Made by a program: the position numbers and the translations under genes. A model generated the notes under the pieces. That model was not told where the DNA came from. It worked only from the letters and a program-made list of their open reading frames with translations, and ran no database searches. Positions 25,775 through 37,719 of a DNA stretch of 64,000 nt are shown in pieces. How positions within the stretch are numbered: position 1 is the stretch's first letter; each line of letters starts with the position of its first letter. This stretch comes from Octopus vulgaris (taxonomy: Eukaryota), in NCBI GenBank assembly GCA_951406725.2, contig OX597827.1:75330001-75394000 (forward strand). The letters are read 5' to 3'.

Positions 25775-28700
25775 CCATTCTAGTCATTCCCATAGCATTT
25801 CTGTCATTGCAGTTCTTGAATTCATTTTACCAATATTTTGCACCCATTTTAGTCTTGGGCATTCTTTATGTATTCCAATGTTCTCTTGCCAATTCATGCC
25901 TCGGTATCATGGAACCTGTCTTCCTTTGGTCTTCCTCTTCTCTTTTTACTTCTATTTTCCAAATATTATCGTATTTCTCAGTCACTCACTCATTCTACTA
26001 ACGACATCAAACCACTGCATTTTTCTTCATCTTGCTGTGTTTTTTTTTTTTAAGAGGAGTGGCTGTGTGGTAAGTAGCTTGCTAACCAACCAATTGACTC
26101 GACAATTCAGAATGCAGAAATTTTTGTTGTCATTCAACCTCCTAGAAATAAGCAACTTGGGGTAACATTTGCTATTGTATATATAAAAAAAAAGGGAAGG
26201 ACACTTAGGCTAATATAGGCCCAAAGAAATAAAGCTGGGGTTGTTGTGGTTGCAATGGCTTGATCAGAGATAGCCTGAAATAACAAGAGCAACAAAACTT
26301 TAGCATACATTTATGTCTATACATAAAAACATCTAAACAGCTATTTTACCTACATGTCTTTATGCACATACATTTACAATGATACATATGCAAACACTCA
26401 TACACACGTGCACGCACACACACACACACACACGTGCATGCACACACACACATACACAGAGTATAGCAGAGTTATTTAAATGCCTATCTTGCCCTTCCTT
26501 TGAACACATAAGCAGAGACTGAGCAACTGTAAAATGGCTGATAATTTGTGTGTGTGTGTGGATATTATATATCTGATGTATATATATATACATGTCTGTG
26601 TAAGTTTGTGTATGGGGAAGATGAGAGAGAGCTAATTTATTGTATGTGTGTTGCTGGTAATCTGTGTGTGAGACTATGTATATGTGTGTGCTTGTATAGG
26701 CCAAATGTGAATATGTAGCTTTGTCATCATCCTTGTTGTTTTAACTCCCAGCTTTCCATATTTGGATAAGGTACAGAGTGTATTGAGACAGATTTTTCTA
26801 CAGCTGGATGCCTCTCCTCTCACTAACTCTCTCCTGTTTCCAAATGTCCGGACGATGTTTCCATGGGACATTGGAAACAAAGAACACTGCTTGTATGATG
26901 GTGATGTTTATTTACAACTACCATACAATGTCAAAACAAGGACACCTTTCGACGAAGAACACAAGTTCTATTAACTCCTCCACTCACCTCTGGTACTCTT
27001 TTAAGTACTAAATTGCAGGCATGACCAACTTTGGTTTCAGGCTCAACCCCACTTAGCAACATTTTTGACAAGTTTCTTGAACCGTAGCCATGTGTTGACC
27101 AAAGCCTTGTTAACAGAAACTGTGTGGAAGCCCAAAGGATGGGCTGCTTCTCTTCATATAAAGTAGATTGACTGCATCATCTGGTTTAACACCACCAAAT
27201 TGCTTTTAGTAGAGTTTGCTCTGTTGCAAACACCCTGTCTGGGTATGAGGTCAACTTCCTTACTTCCTCTTACCAGTCACAGAGGTTCTGAAAAGGATTT
27301 TTGGTACTGCCTTTTCTGTCATGTAAAAAAGAGTTGGAAGGGATCCAACAGTCTCAGTGAGGTAAACTATAGTGACAGGTTGAAAGAGGGCCTGTGCATG
27401 AGAGAGAGAGAGAGAGAGTTCATCCAGTACATGAGTCCAGCACCCTTGAATTGTGAGAGGATGCCACCCCAGCACTGAGACCTAAAAGTAGCTTTGCTCT
27501 TAACTAAATTTCTATTTGAAGGCCTACCTTGGGTTGAAAAGCTTATTGCTCTACTTATTGATTTCAAATTTTGAGGAAAAGGCTAAGTTGATTACATCAA
27601 CCCCGGTGCTCAACTGGTACTTATTTTATCAGTCCCAAAAGGTTGAAAGGCAAAGTCAATTTCTGCAGAATTTGAACTGAAAACCTGATGCTACATTTTA
27701 TGAACTGAAGTTAGTTATGAATGACAGTGGTAGTCCTTAAAAACTGGTATGACATTAGTGTTAGTATTAGCAATGCAACATCATAAAGGTTGACAATCTT
27801 CAGAAGATAGTCAAACTTCATTAGAAACCACATAAATACATCATTGAGGAAGGCCTACAATATTGACATAACAATCTCAGATAAGGATTAGCCTGAAGTT
27901 CAAGAGCTCTGAGCTGATCTATATTATCTCCCAAGTGACATAATAAGAGATTAAATAATCATAATGGATGATTTATACTTATTAAGGATTTGAATGATAA
28001 GTTCTCAATCTACTGTGTAAGATCCCTCATGAATTAATAACACCACACAGTTCATATGAGGCTCCACAATGTCAACTCATGAACCTTCTAGGTTCCAGCT
28101 TCTAGAATTGAGATGTTTTTGCCTGTTTCTTCTCTAACATGGACACATTCATTATAGTTGAACCAATGTTAGAACACAAAGAATATAGATTGTGGAGGTT
28201 TAACATTTAATTTGGAGTATGATCCTTCTAGGATTCTATCACGACATTACAGCTCAGTGATCTTAGAATGACTTTTCTGACTAAAGCAATGAGCACAACC
28301 TTTCTCTTCCTCTGTGTGTGTGTGTGTGTGTTAGTGTTAGGGAGAGTGAGGGTGTCAGAACTGAAAGATTCAACTTACCAAGTTTGACTTTTTGCAATAT
28401 GATTCTGTTAAGACTCGTAGTGAAATTTGAGTAAGTAATCAACATGTTCAAGTATAGTGTGTGTGTAAATATATGTATGATGATATATATCTATGCGTGT
28501 ATGTAAATATATACGTACATGTGTGTATGTATATATGTATGTATACATATATGTACATGCATATATATATATATGTATACAGACACATACATGCATAAAT
28601 ATATGTGAGTGTGTGTGTATGTGTATATATATAGATATATATAAAGCACAATTTATTCGTGATTACAAACGCTTGTAAACTTATGTACTATTGTATTAAA

Positions 28701-28867
28701 TGAATATGAGAAAGACAGGAGATACAGTACAATTTATTTGTGATCAGAGTGTGTGTGTATGTATATATATATATATATGTATATACGCATGCATATATGT
28801 ATGTATATATATATATCATTGTGGGATGGTACATGCGCGTGTATGTGTATATATATATATATATATA

Positions 28868-29692
28868 TGAAATAAAAGGAAAATGCACAGTTTAAAAGTT
28901 GTAATATATTTTATAAGTGAAAGAGTATTGTGTTCCTCAACCGGTTTCGCTTTCATTAATCATGACATTGAAATTATTGTAATTTCGTATTTTCTTAAAA
29001 AGATGTCTGTCCATTTTACATGTGGAGAAGTTTGTGAATGAATGATTCAACAGGTAGTAAAATCTAAGGGTAGGTAATTGCTGATCGTTAGTATTGGAGT
29101 CAGGGGAGGTAATTGCTCATCTTTCGCGAAGATGATAAATATATATACGAAAACTCAAAAGCTAAAGTAGTGAGATGAAATATGTATAGTGATGGGTATG
29201 TGATCATGAATTAAAATATATACTGAGATCAAAGCTGGTTATGCGATCCTATTTAAATGTGTTGTGTATTTTTCAATGAACAAGTTTTCTTTATTTAAAT
29301 GTTCTTGTACAGAAATTGTTTCTTTGCACTTATACATGGGGGAAATTGAAGTTTGGTTGGATATTACCTGCGCATCTCTCTATGTGTTCACTCAAAGGAA
29401 TCTATCTGTATTGAGGGAACTGGATCTGTTCCTTATGTAGTATGGTTCTCCACCTCAATGTCACACTTGTCTGTCCTATATAGTTACGTCCACAACCTGA
29501 ACAGGTTATAACATAAAATAGATTCTTGGAAGCAGAAGTGAAGTTGGTTTTAATTGTGAACCTCTCCCCATGTTTAAATAAGACTTCCAAGACTTCCAGT
29601 AGGTTGGAACATGTTCCATAGCTTGGGTGTCCACATTTTTTAACCGTTATTTCATGGTTGTCGTGAAAATCTTTGCATTTGTTAGAAGTCTT
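28868..29692 (-). mobile_element. 5'-truncated Penelope-like retroelement (GIY-YIG endonuclease pseudogene plus 3' region) in (TA)n
   Basis: [30 protein letters not shown], then after a stop and a frameshift IPLSEH...KENLFIEKYTTHLN, typical of the PLE endonuclease C-terminus. Both ends abut (TA)n. Confidence 0.8.
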
Positions 29693-29694
29693 TA

Positions 29695-29736
<42 letters not shown>

Positions 29737-30002
29737 TACATACATGAATATATGCATACATACATATATATATATGTATATATACATGCATATATATGTA
29801 TATATACATATATACATGCATGAATATATATATTCACACACACACACTGAGAAAGAAAAAAGACAGGCATGGCTCAGAATAGAATTGTACTGCAACCCCC
29901 CTGGTTTTGGTATCAATTTCATTGCACAGAATCTTTCCTTTGTATCTTGTGTAACCTCAGTATAACCAGCAACTTGTAAGTAGAAATCAGTTGATAAAAA
30001 AA

Positions 30003-30320
30003 GACTCCGCCGGTTAGGACAACGAGGGTCCCAGCTGATACGTTCAACGGAACAGCTTGCTCATGAAATTAACGTGCAAATGGCTGAGCATTCCACAGAC
30101 ATGTGTACCCTTAACGTAGTTCTCGGGGATAATCAGCGTGACACAGAGAGTGACAAGGCTGACCCTTTGAAATACAAGTACAACTCATTTTTGCCAGCTG
30201 AGTGGACTGGAGCAACGTGAAATAAAGTGTCTTGCTCAAGGACACAACGCGTCGCCGGAAATCAAACTCACAACCTTACGATCATGAGCCGAATGCCCTA
30301 ACCACTAAGCCACGCGCCCT
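30003..30320 (-). mobile_element. tRNA-derived SINE family D, full length with 19-bp TSD
   Basis: Head GGCGCGTGGCTTAGTGGTTAGGG on the - strand. TSD TAGAAATCAGTTGATAAAA at 29981-29999 and 30325-30343. Confidence 0.88.
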
Positions 30321-31220
30321 CATATAGAAATCAGTTGATAAAAGATGTGTATTTACATTTACACTGGTTTTTAAAAAAAATAACTGTATTGTTTATATTA
30401 TGATCGTTTTTATCCCATAGTTTAATGGTTCAATAGATAGAGATCAATAAAAGTAAGCACCAAACTAAAATCGGTACGTGGATCTATATGATCAACTAAA
30501 CATCCAGCTTGGCTGCAGTCCAATGACTGAAACCGGTGAAAGAATAGAATATATACAGACATATGTCTGTATGTACAAATGTGGGGATGTATGTATACAT
30601 ATGTATACACACACACACACACATAAAAGACATTGTACACAGGAAAGCATGAGTTATTTCATTGCAGTCTCTTTTGTAACTAAATATAGTTTTGGCTATT
30701 TTAGGTTTTCACTTGTTTTCTATATTTCACATTTCTTCTCTTGTTACGTTATTTCAAACAAAACTGTAATGGAACAAAAGCTGAAACCAAAATAGCATTG
30801 CCAGCATGACTCCCCCCCCCTGCCCGCCAACCTGTCCATGATATAAAACTATATTGACCTTTTCCGTGTCTGTCTGTGTGTCTGCGATGCCCAGCAATGC
30901 GTTACATTCCCATGACTGTTGCATTTATAACAAGAAATAATGGATATTACTCCCATCACCTCAGCTTAGCACAATAGGTCTGCTCTATCGCCTGACTGAG
31001 ACTCTGCACCTCTGCAGCCACAGCACGACCACCACCTCCAATACAAACTGAAATATTGGCAATGGTGACACATTTCTCAAAATTAATGATTGATTAACTC
31101 TTAAATACTGCAGATGGTTTGATTGATACTAATGACAGAGGTTGCTGCTGCATGCAGCTGTGTTCACTTATATGCATTATGGTGCACTGTGTTGCATGCA
31201 GACATATAAAAAATTCTAAC

Positions 31221-31585
31221 ATCATCATCATCATTGTTCGACCGTGGTCGAGACAATGGAATTTACCATGCTACGCCAGACTTCACGGTCCATCATGGCA
31301 TTACGGAGGTCCTGTTGCTGGATGCCTGTATCCCTGGAGATTACATCAGGGTAGGAGAGTGTGTGCCCTCTGGCATTGCGAGTAGATGGCTTCCAGAGGA
31401 GGAGAGTAGAAATTACCTCTTTTTCAGCTCTACAACAATGTCCAGCAAACTGGACTCTCCTACCTTTCACAAGAGATGACACAGGTGGTAGTTTCCCATA
31501 TATTTGCATTTTGGTTAGATGGCGCTTCCACAAGAGATTTTGACCTCCCATAACGAGGCGAGTGTAGGTTCCATCCAGACTTACG
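31221..31585 (-). mobile_element. RTE-clade LINE, 5'-truncated 3' end
   Basis: RRVQFAGHCCR...LLWKP...RGH...DREVWRSMV ORF C-terminus, with the stop running into a (GAT)n tail. Confidence 0.85.
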
Positions 31586-31800
31586 CAAACATTCATGAGC
31601 ACACTAGCTTAAAGTGTCTGCTAATCCTGTTGTATAGAGCATCTGCAGGATTTTTTTAACTATGTCTGTATAACATCACTATGTCACAATTTGAGGCTGT
31701 TGTCACTTAATGTAGGCCTTAAATCACCACAATTTTAAATATTTACTGCAGAAAGTCTAGAGAAATCTGGTTTTCTTGTCTAATTACTGACACTCTTTGA

Positions 31801-33868
31801 AGGACACAGTAGTCTGTTGATTAACTGGAGGATACTGTAGTCTGTTGATTAACTGGAGGACACAGCAGTCTGTTGATTAACTGGAGGACACAGCAGTCTG
31901 TTGATTAACTGGAGGATACAGTAGTCTGTTGATTAACTGGAGGACACAGCAGTCTGTTGATTAACTGGAGGACACAGCAGTCTGTTGATTAACTGGAGGA
32001 CACAGCAGTCTATTGATTAACTGGAGGACACAGCAGTCTGTTGATTAACTGGAGGACACAGCAGTCTGTTGATTAACTGGAGGATACTGTAGTCTGTTGA
32101 TTAACTGGAGGATACTGTAGTCTGTTGATTAACTGGAGGACACAGCAGTCTGTTGATTAACTGGAGGATACTGTAGTCTGTTGATTAACTGGAGGACACA
32201 GCAGTCTGTTGATTAACTGGAGGACACAGCAGTCTGTTGACTAACTGGAGGACACAGCAGTCTGTTGATTAACTGGAGGACACAGCAGTCTGTTGATTAA
32301 CTGGAGGACACAGCAGTCTGTTGATTAACTGGAGGACACAGCAGTCTGTTGATTAACTGGAGGATACTGTAGTCTGTTGATTAACTGGAGGATACTGTAG
32401 TCTGTTGATTAACTGGAGGACACAGCAGTCTGTTGATTAACTGGAGGACACAGCAGTCTGTTGATTAACTGGAGGACACAGCAGTCTGTTGATTAACTGG
32501 AGGACACAGCAGTCTGTTGATTAACTGGAGGACACAGCAGTCTGTTGATTAACTGGAGGACACAGCAGTCTGTTGATTAACTGGAGGACACAGCAGTCTG
32601 TTGATTAACTGGAGGACACAGCAGTCTGTTGATTAACTGGAGGACACTGTAGTCTGTTGATTAACTGGAGGACACAGCAGTCTGTTGATTAACTGGAGGA
32701 CACAGCAGTCTGTTGATTAACTGGAGGACACAGCAGTCTGTTAATTAACTGGAGGACACAGCAGTCTGTTGATTAACTGGAGGACACAGCAGTCTGTTGA
32801 TTAACTGGAGGACACAGCAGTCTGTTGATTAACTGGAGGACACAGCAGTCTGTTGATTAACTGGAGGACACAGCAGTCTGTTGATTAACTGGAGGACACA
32901 GCAGTCTGTTGATTAACTGGAGGACACAGCAGTCTGTTGATTAACTGGAGGACACAGCAGTCTGTTGATTAACTGGAGGACACAGCAGTCTGTTGATTAA
33001 CTGGAGGATACTGTAGTCTGTTGATTAACTGGAGGACACAGCAGTCTGTTGATTAACTGGAGGACACAGCAGTCTGTTGATTAACTGGAGGACACAGCAG
33101 TCTGTTAATTAACTGGAGGACACAGCAGTCTGTTGATTAACTGGAGGACACAGCAGTCTGTTGATTAACTGGAGGACACAGCAGTCTGTTGATTAACTGG
33201 AGGACACAGCAGTCTGTTGATTAACTGGAGGATACTGTAGTCTGTTGATTAACTGGAGGACACAGCAGTCTGTTGATTAACTGGAGGACACAGCAGTCTG
33301 TTGATTAACTGGAGGACACAGCAGTCTGTTGATTAACTGGAGGATACAGTAGTCTGTTAATTAACTGGAGGACACAGCAGTCTGTTGATTAACTGGAGGA
33401 CACAGCAGTCTGTTGATTAACTGGAGGACACAGCAGTCTGTTGATTAACTGGAGGATACTGTAGTCTGTTGATTAACTGGAGGACACAGCAGTCTGTTGA
33501 TTAACTGGAGGACACAGCAGTCTGTTGATTAACTGGAGGACACAGCAGTCTGTTGATTAACTGGAGGATACTGTAGTCTGTTGATTAACTGGAGGACACA
33601 GCAGTCTGTTGATTAACTGGAGGACACAGCAGTCTGTTGATTAACTGGAGGATACTGTAGTCTGTTGATTAACTGGAGGACACAGCAGTCTGTTGATTAA
33701 CTGGAGGACACAGCAGTTTGTTGATTAACTGGAGGACACAGCAGTCTGTTGATTAACTGGAGGACACAGCAGTCTGTTGATTAACTGGAGGACACAGCAG
33801 TCTGTTGATTAACTGGAGGACACAGCAGTCTGTTGATTAACTGGAGAACACATCAGTCTGTTGATTAA
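31801..33868. repeat. Minisatellite, 28-bp unit CTGGAGGACACAGCAGTCTGTTGATTAA, about 74 copies
   Basis: Read directly. Constant 28-bp period with no spacers. Variant units carry GATACTGTAG in place of GACACAGCAG. Confidence 0.98.
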
Positions 33869-35121
33869 ATGAAAAATGTACCAGGCAGTCAGGCTTCTGA
33901 AGCATCCACTAAGTTATCAATCCCCTGAAGGATACATCACCCTGTTAGGCCCTTGAATGACACATTAGCTTTCAGGCCCCGAAAGAATGCACTAAGGCAG
34001 TCAGCTTCTCATGGATAGGTTAGATTATGAAGAACACACTATGTTTGTCAGATGGAAGTTAAATGCAAGACATCTGTGAAATGAACTTATAAGTTAAACA
34101 TAAAGAAATAAAAAGTTCTGTAGGACATTGGGAGTGTTATGCAGGGAGACATTGAGAGTTTACGTAACTCTCTGATGTTTTCAACACAAAAGTCTCCCCC
34201 CACTTTTTTCAACAAAGGATCAAGAGAAATGACTTTAATTCACAAAGGGTCATTTGAAGAAAGGGCTATAAAATATTGATACCTGATATTGTTGTGTTTG
34301 TCTACATACATTTGTGTGTGTGTGTGTGTGTGGTTATGTACACAGCTTTTAATTACACAAGTTTATTTTTATGTGTGTGATATCAAATTGCTCATTGAGT
34401 GGATATGTTTGTGTGTAAAATGATACCAGTGTCACTAATTTCATGCACACTCTACTGATATGTGTGCTCACACATACGCAAAAATACATACAGATTTATA
34501 TACACAGACGCACATACGTTTGGTGCTCTTACAATATGAAACCCCTACACTAGAACAAGTCTGCAAGAGAACAGAAAATAACTTTAATGTATATAAGTGA
34601 TGGGTGGAGGTATGATGATGATGATGGCAGAGAAGGAGGAGAATATGGGGATGGCTGTGGGGGAAGAAGAGTTTCAAGAGTTTAATGTACCATATTTCTA
34701 ATCACTTCTTCTATTCTTCCCTCACCCTTTACACAAGTTTGCTTAGGAATCACAATGGTTGTTTATTGCTGGATGGTTTGCTTGATGGCCTCTTGTAATT
34801 GTTTGAAATTCTCCTTAACAGATATTGTACTCTGGGACCTTTGCAACACCCATTACAATCAACACTCCTGCTTTACTATAGTTGTTAGCCATTATCATCA
34901 TCATCATCATCATCGTCATCATCATCATTTGTCAGAGCAGTTGATTGGCAGAATTGCTAGAGCAGTGGAAAGAAGAATATGCTTTGCAGTGTCGGTTCTA
35001 ACTCTTTACATTCTGAGTTCAAATCCCAGGGTCAGTAAAATAAGTACCAGTTATCTATTGGGCTTGATGGTTTCAACTCCCTTCAAAATCGCTGGTATTG
35101 TGCCCAACTCAGAAGCCTTTA

Positions 35122-35155
<34 letters not shown>

Positions 35156-35341
35156 CAAGGTGGCAAGCTGGCTGAATTGTTAGCATGGCGGGCGAAATGC
35201 TTTGCAGCATTTAATTCGTCTGTGTGTTCTGAGTTTAAATTCTACCAAGATCCACTTTGCTTTTCATTCTTTTGGGGTCAGTAAAATTCTGTTCAAGAAC
35301 GAAGGATACATAAAACATCATCATCATCATATATATATATA

Positions 35342-35743
35342 GGCGCAGGAGTGGCTGTGTGGTAAGTAGCTGGCTAACCAACCACATGGTTCCGGGTTCA
35401 GTCCCACTGCGTGGTACCTTGGGCAAGTGTCTTCTGCTATAGCCTCGGGCCGACCAAAGCCTTGTGAGTGGATTTGGTAGACGGAAACTGAAAGAAGCCT
35501 GTCGTATATATGTATATATATATGTGTGTGTATATGTTTGTGTGTCTGTGTTTGTCCCTCTAGCATTGCTTGACAACCAATGCTGGTGTGTTTACGTCCC
35601 CGTCACTTAGCGGTTCGGCAAAAGAGACCGATAGAATAAGTACTGGGCTTACAAAGAATAAGTCCCGGGGTCGATTTGCTCGATTAAAGGCGGTGCTCCA
35701 GCATGGCCGCAGTCAAATGACTGAAACAAGTAAACGAGTAAAG
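35342..35743 (+). mobile_element. tRNA-derived SINE family A, full length
   Basis: A box TGGCTGTGTGGT, B box GGGTTCAGTCCC, internal (TA/TG)n and AAGTAAA(A/C)GAG tail. Near-identical copies elsewhere in the window. Confidence 0.9.
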
Positions 35744-35774
<31 letters not shown>

Positions 35775-36185
35775 GGTCACAGATGAAATACCATCCATCA
35801 TAGGCCTAATCAATCATGGCTGACCTGTGGCTAAACACCAACAGCAACCATCTCTATGTTAAGTGTTAGCATGACTGGGTGAGGTGGGAGTGGGTCAGAT
35901 GTTCAGTGGAACCAACATTCAAACTTAATCTTTAGCTAGTTTATATTCCTCCCCACTCCTCCTGTTAACACACCCCCCACCGCAACCACCTCCACATGGA
36001 GAGCTGTTGCCATGGAAACTAAAACAAAAATAAATACTTCAGGGTTTTTTTTTTTTGTTTTTTTTTTTAGTTTTGTTCCTTTTGCTTTTCCTTTTATTTG
36101 AAATGTTGTTGTTGTTGTTGTTGTTGTCACCATCTCAAGTCAAATATGTGGAATATTTGGTGGGAAGGGTTCAGTGTCCATGGAC

Positions 36186-36385
36186 ATCATTCACCACCTC
36201 CACCATCATCATCATCATCATCACCAATACCACCATCATCACCATCACACTTGCCACTGCCCTCATGTATAACATTATCATCATCATCAGCAATACCACC
36301 ACCATCACCACAACCACCATCACCATCATCACCAGACGCATTAATGACCCCCCCCCCATGTTTAACATTATCATCATCATCATCA
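36186..36385. repeat. Degenerate (CAT/CAC)n triplet repeat
   Basis: Read directly. Gives poly-I/T/S ORFs. Confidence 0.85.
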
Positions 36386-37260
36386 ACATAACAGAAATGA
36401 TGACAGTGATGACGACTGTATTTCGTGACTGCCCAGCCCCTGTATCACATCGCACTATGTCTCTGTGTCACATAACATTCTCCAAATTCCTCTCTTTGCT
36501 CAATGATGCCATGAAGTCTCATACTGTCTATGAGACTTGGTTGGGAGTGGTGCGTTGACCATCAGCCCGGGACACTCACATTGATGAGAATAAGAGGAAA
36601 AAGGGAAAGAAGGAAAGATAAAGAATATTCCGAGAGGAATCCATCTAAATGTATTATGGAATGGCTTTCATTCTAGAATTCCTCCACATCTAAGATGTAC
36701 TCTACGAATATCAGTCAAAGCCAGTACTTGACTAGTTCTTGAAAATATAGCATGATTCAGAGGGCAATTTAGTTGCTATTTTTTGTTGTTGTTGGTTGTA
36801 TTGCTTTTTGGGGGGGTTTTTTTTGTTATTTTGTTTTGTTGTTTTTTTTTGGAGGTGTTTGGGGCCTAGGATAGCCCCAGTAGAGTAGACCTATATGCAA
36901 AGGCATTCCATAAATAGTGTATATCTATCTTTGACACGGTTACCTAATATCTAACTAATTTCAGACTGTAGGGTGTGATTTTAGGGAATGTGGGCGCTAT
37001 TTCTAGCATGTCAAGCAACCACATGGAGGATCCCTCATTGGATTGTGTTGACAACATTTCCACTTTTTTAACCCAAGGGGTCTTTAGTCAAAGTGGCACC
37101 TGTGATCAGTCAGGCCTATATAATCAAAATAATGAAAACCATAATCCTCCTATCTTTTTCTTGTTTCTTGGTCATAGTGCATCTAGGACTATGTAATTTA
37201 ATGTACACTTTTTTGTAAAACAGTACATTGTGATTTGAGAAAGATTTGGCTGCTGTTTCT

Positions 37261-37719
37261 TATTTCTTTACTGCCCACAAGGGGCTACACACAGAGGGGA
37301 CAAACAAGGGCAGACAAATGGATTAAGTCAATTATATCGACCCCTGTGCATATCTGGTACTTAATTTATCGACCCCGAAAGGATGAAAGGCAAAGTAGAC
37401 CTCGGCGGAATTTGAACTCAGAACGTAGCTCAGATGAAATACCGCTAAGCATTTCACCCGGCGTGCTAACGTTTCTGCAAGCTCACCGCCTTATATATAT
37501 ATATATATATATTATATTACATTACGTATGTATGTATGTGTGCGTGTGTGTGTGTATGTATATGCACCTCAGTGCATATCTGGTACTTAATTTATCGACG
37601 CCGAAAGGACGAAAAGCAAAGTCGACCTCGGCAGAATTTGAACTCAGAACGTAGCGGCAGACGAAATACCGCTAAGCATTTCGTCCGGCGTGCCAACATT
37701 TCTGCCAGCTCACTGCCTT
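37261..37719 (-). mobile_element. Two SINE family B copies (37261-37492, 37568-37719)
   Basis: Reverse-complement match to 45577-45808. Many older copies at about 4842-5010, 6225-6600, 7480-7980, 15090-16050, 27570-27690 and 58318-58520. Confidence 0.85.

Noticed and set aside
31801-33868. 28-bp repeat array as a CRISPR array or coding repeat
   Set aside because: Units are contiguous with no unique spacers, there are no cas genes, the context is a eukaryotic intron, and the unit contains stops and is not a multiple of 3.
35342-35415. tRNA genes (A/B boxes here and at 45577, 48105, 30250)
   Set aside because: These are SINE heads continuous with SINE bodies, with no complete cloverleaf.
36055-36558. 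Hydrophobic, membrane-like ORFs
   Set aside because: Products of (GTT)n and (CAT/CAC)n simple repeats.
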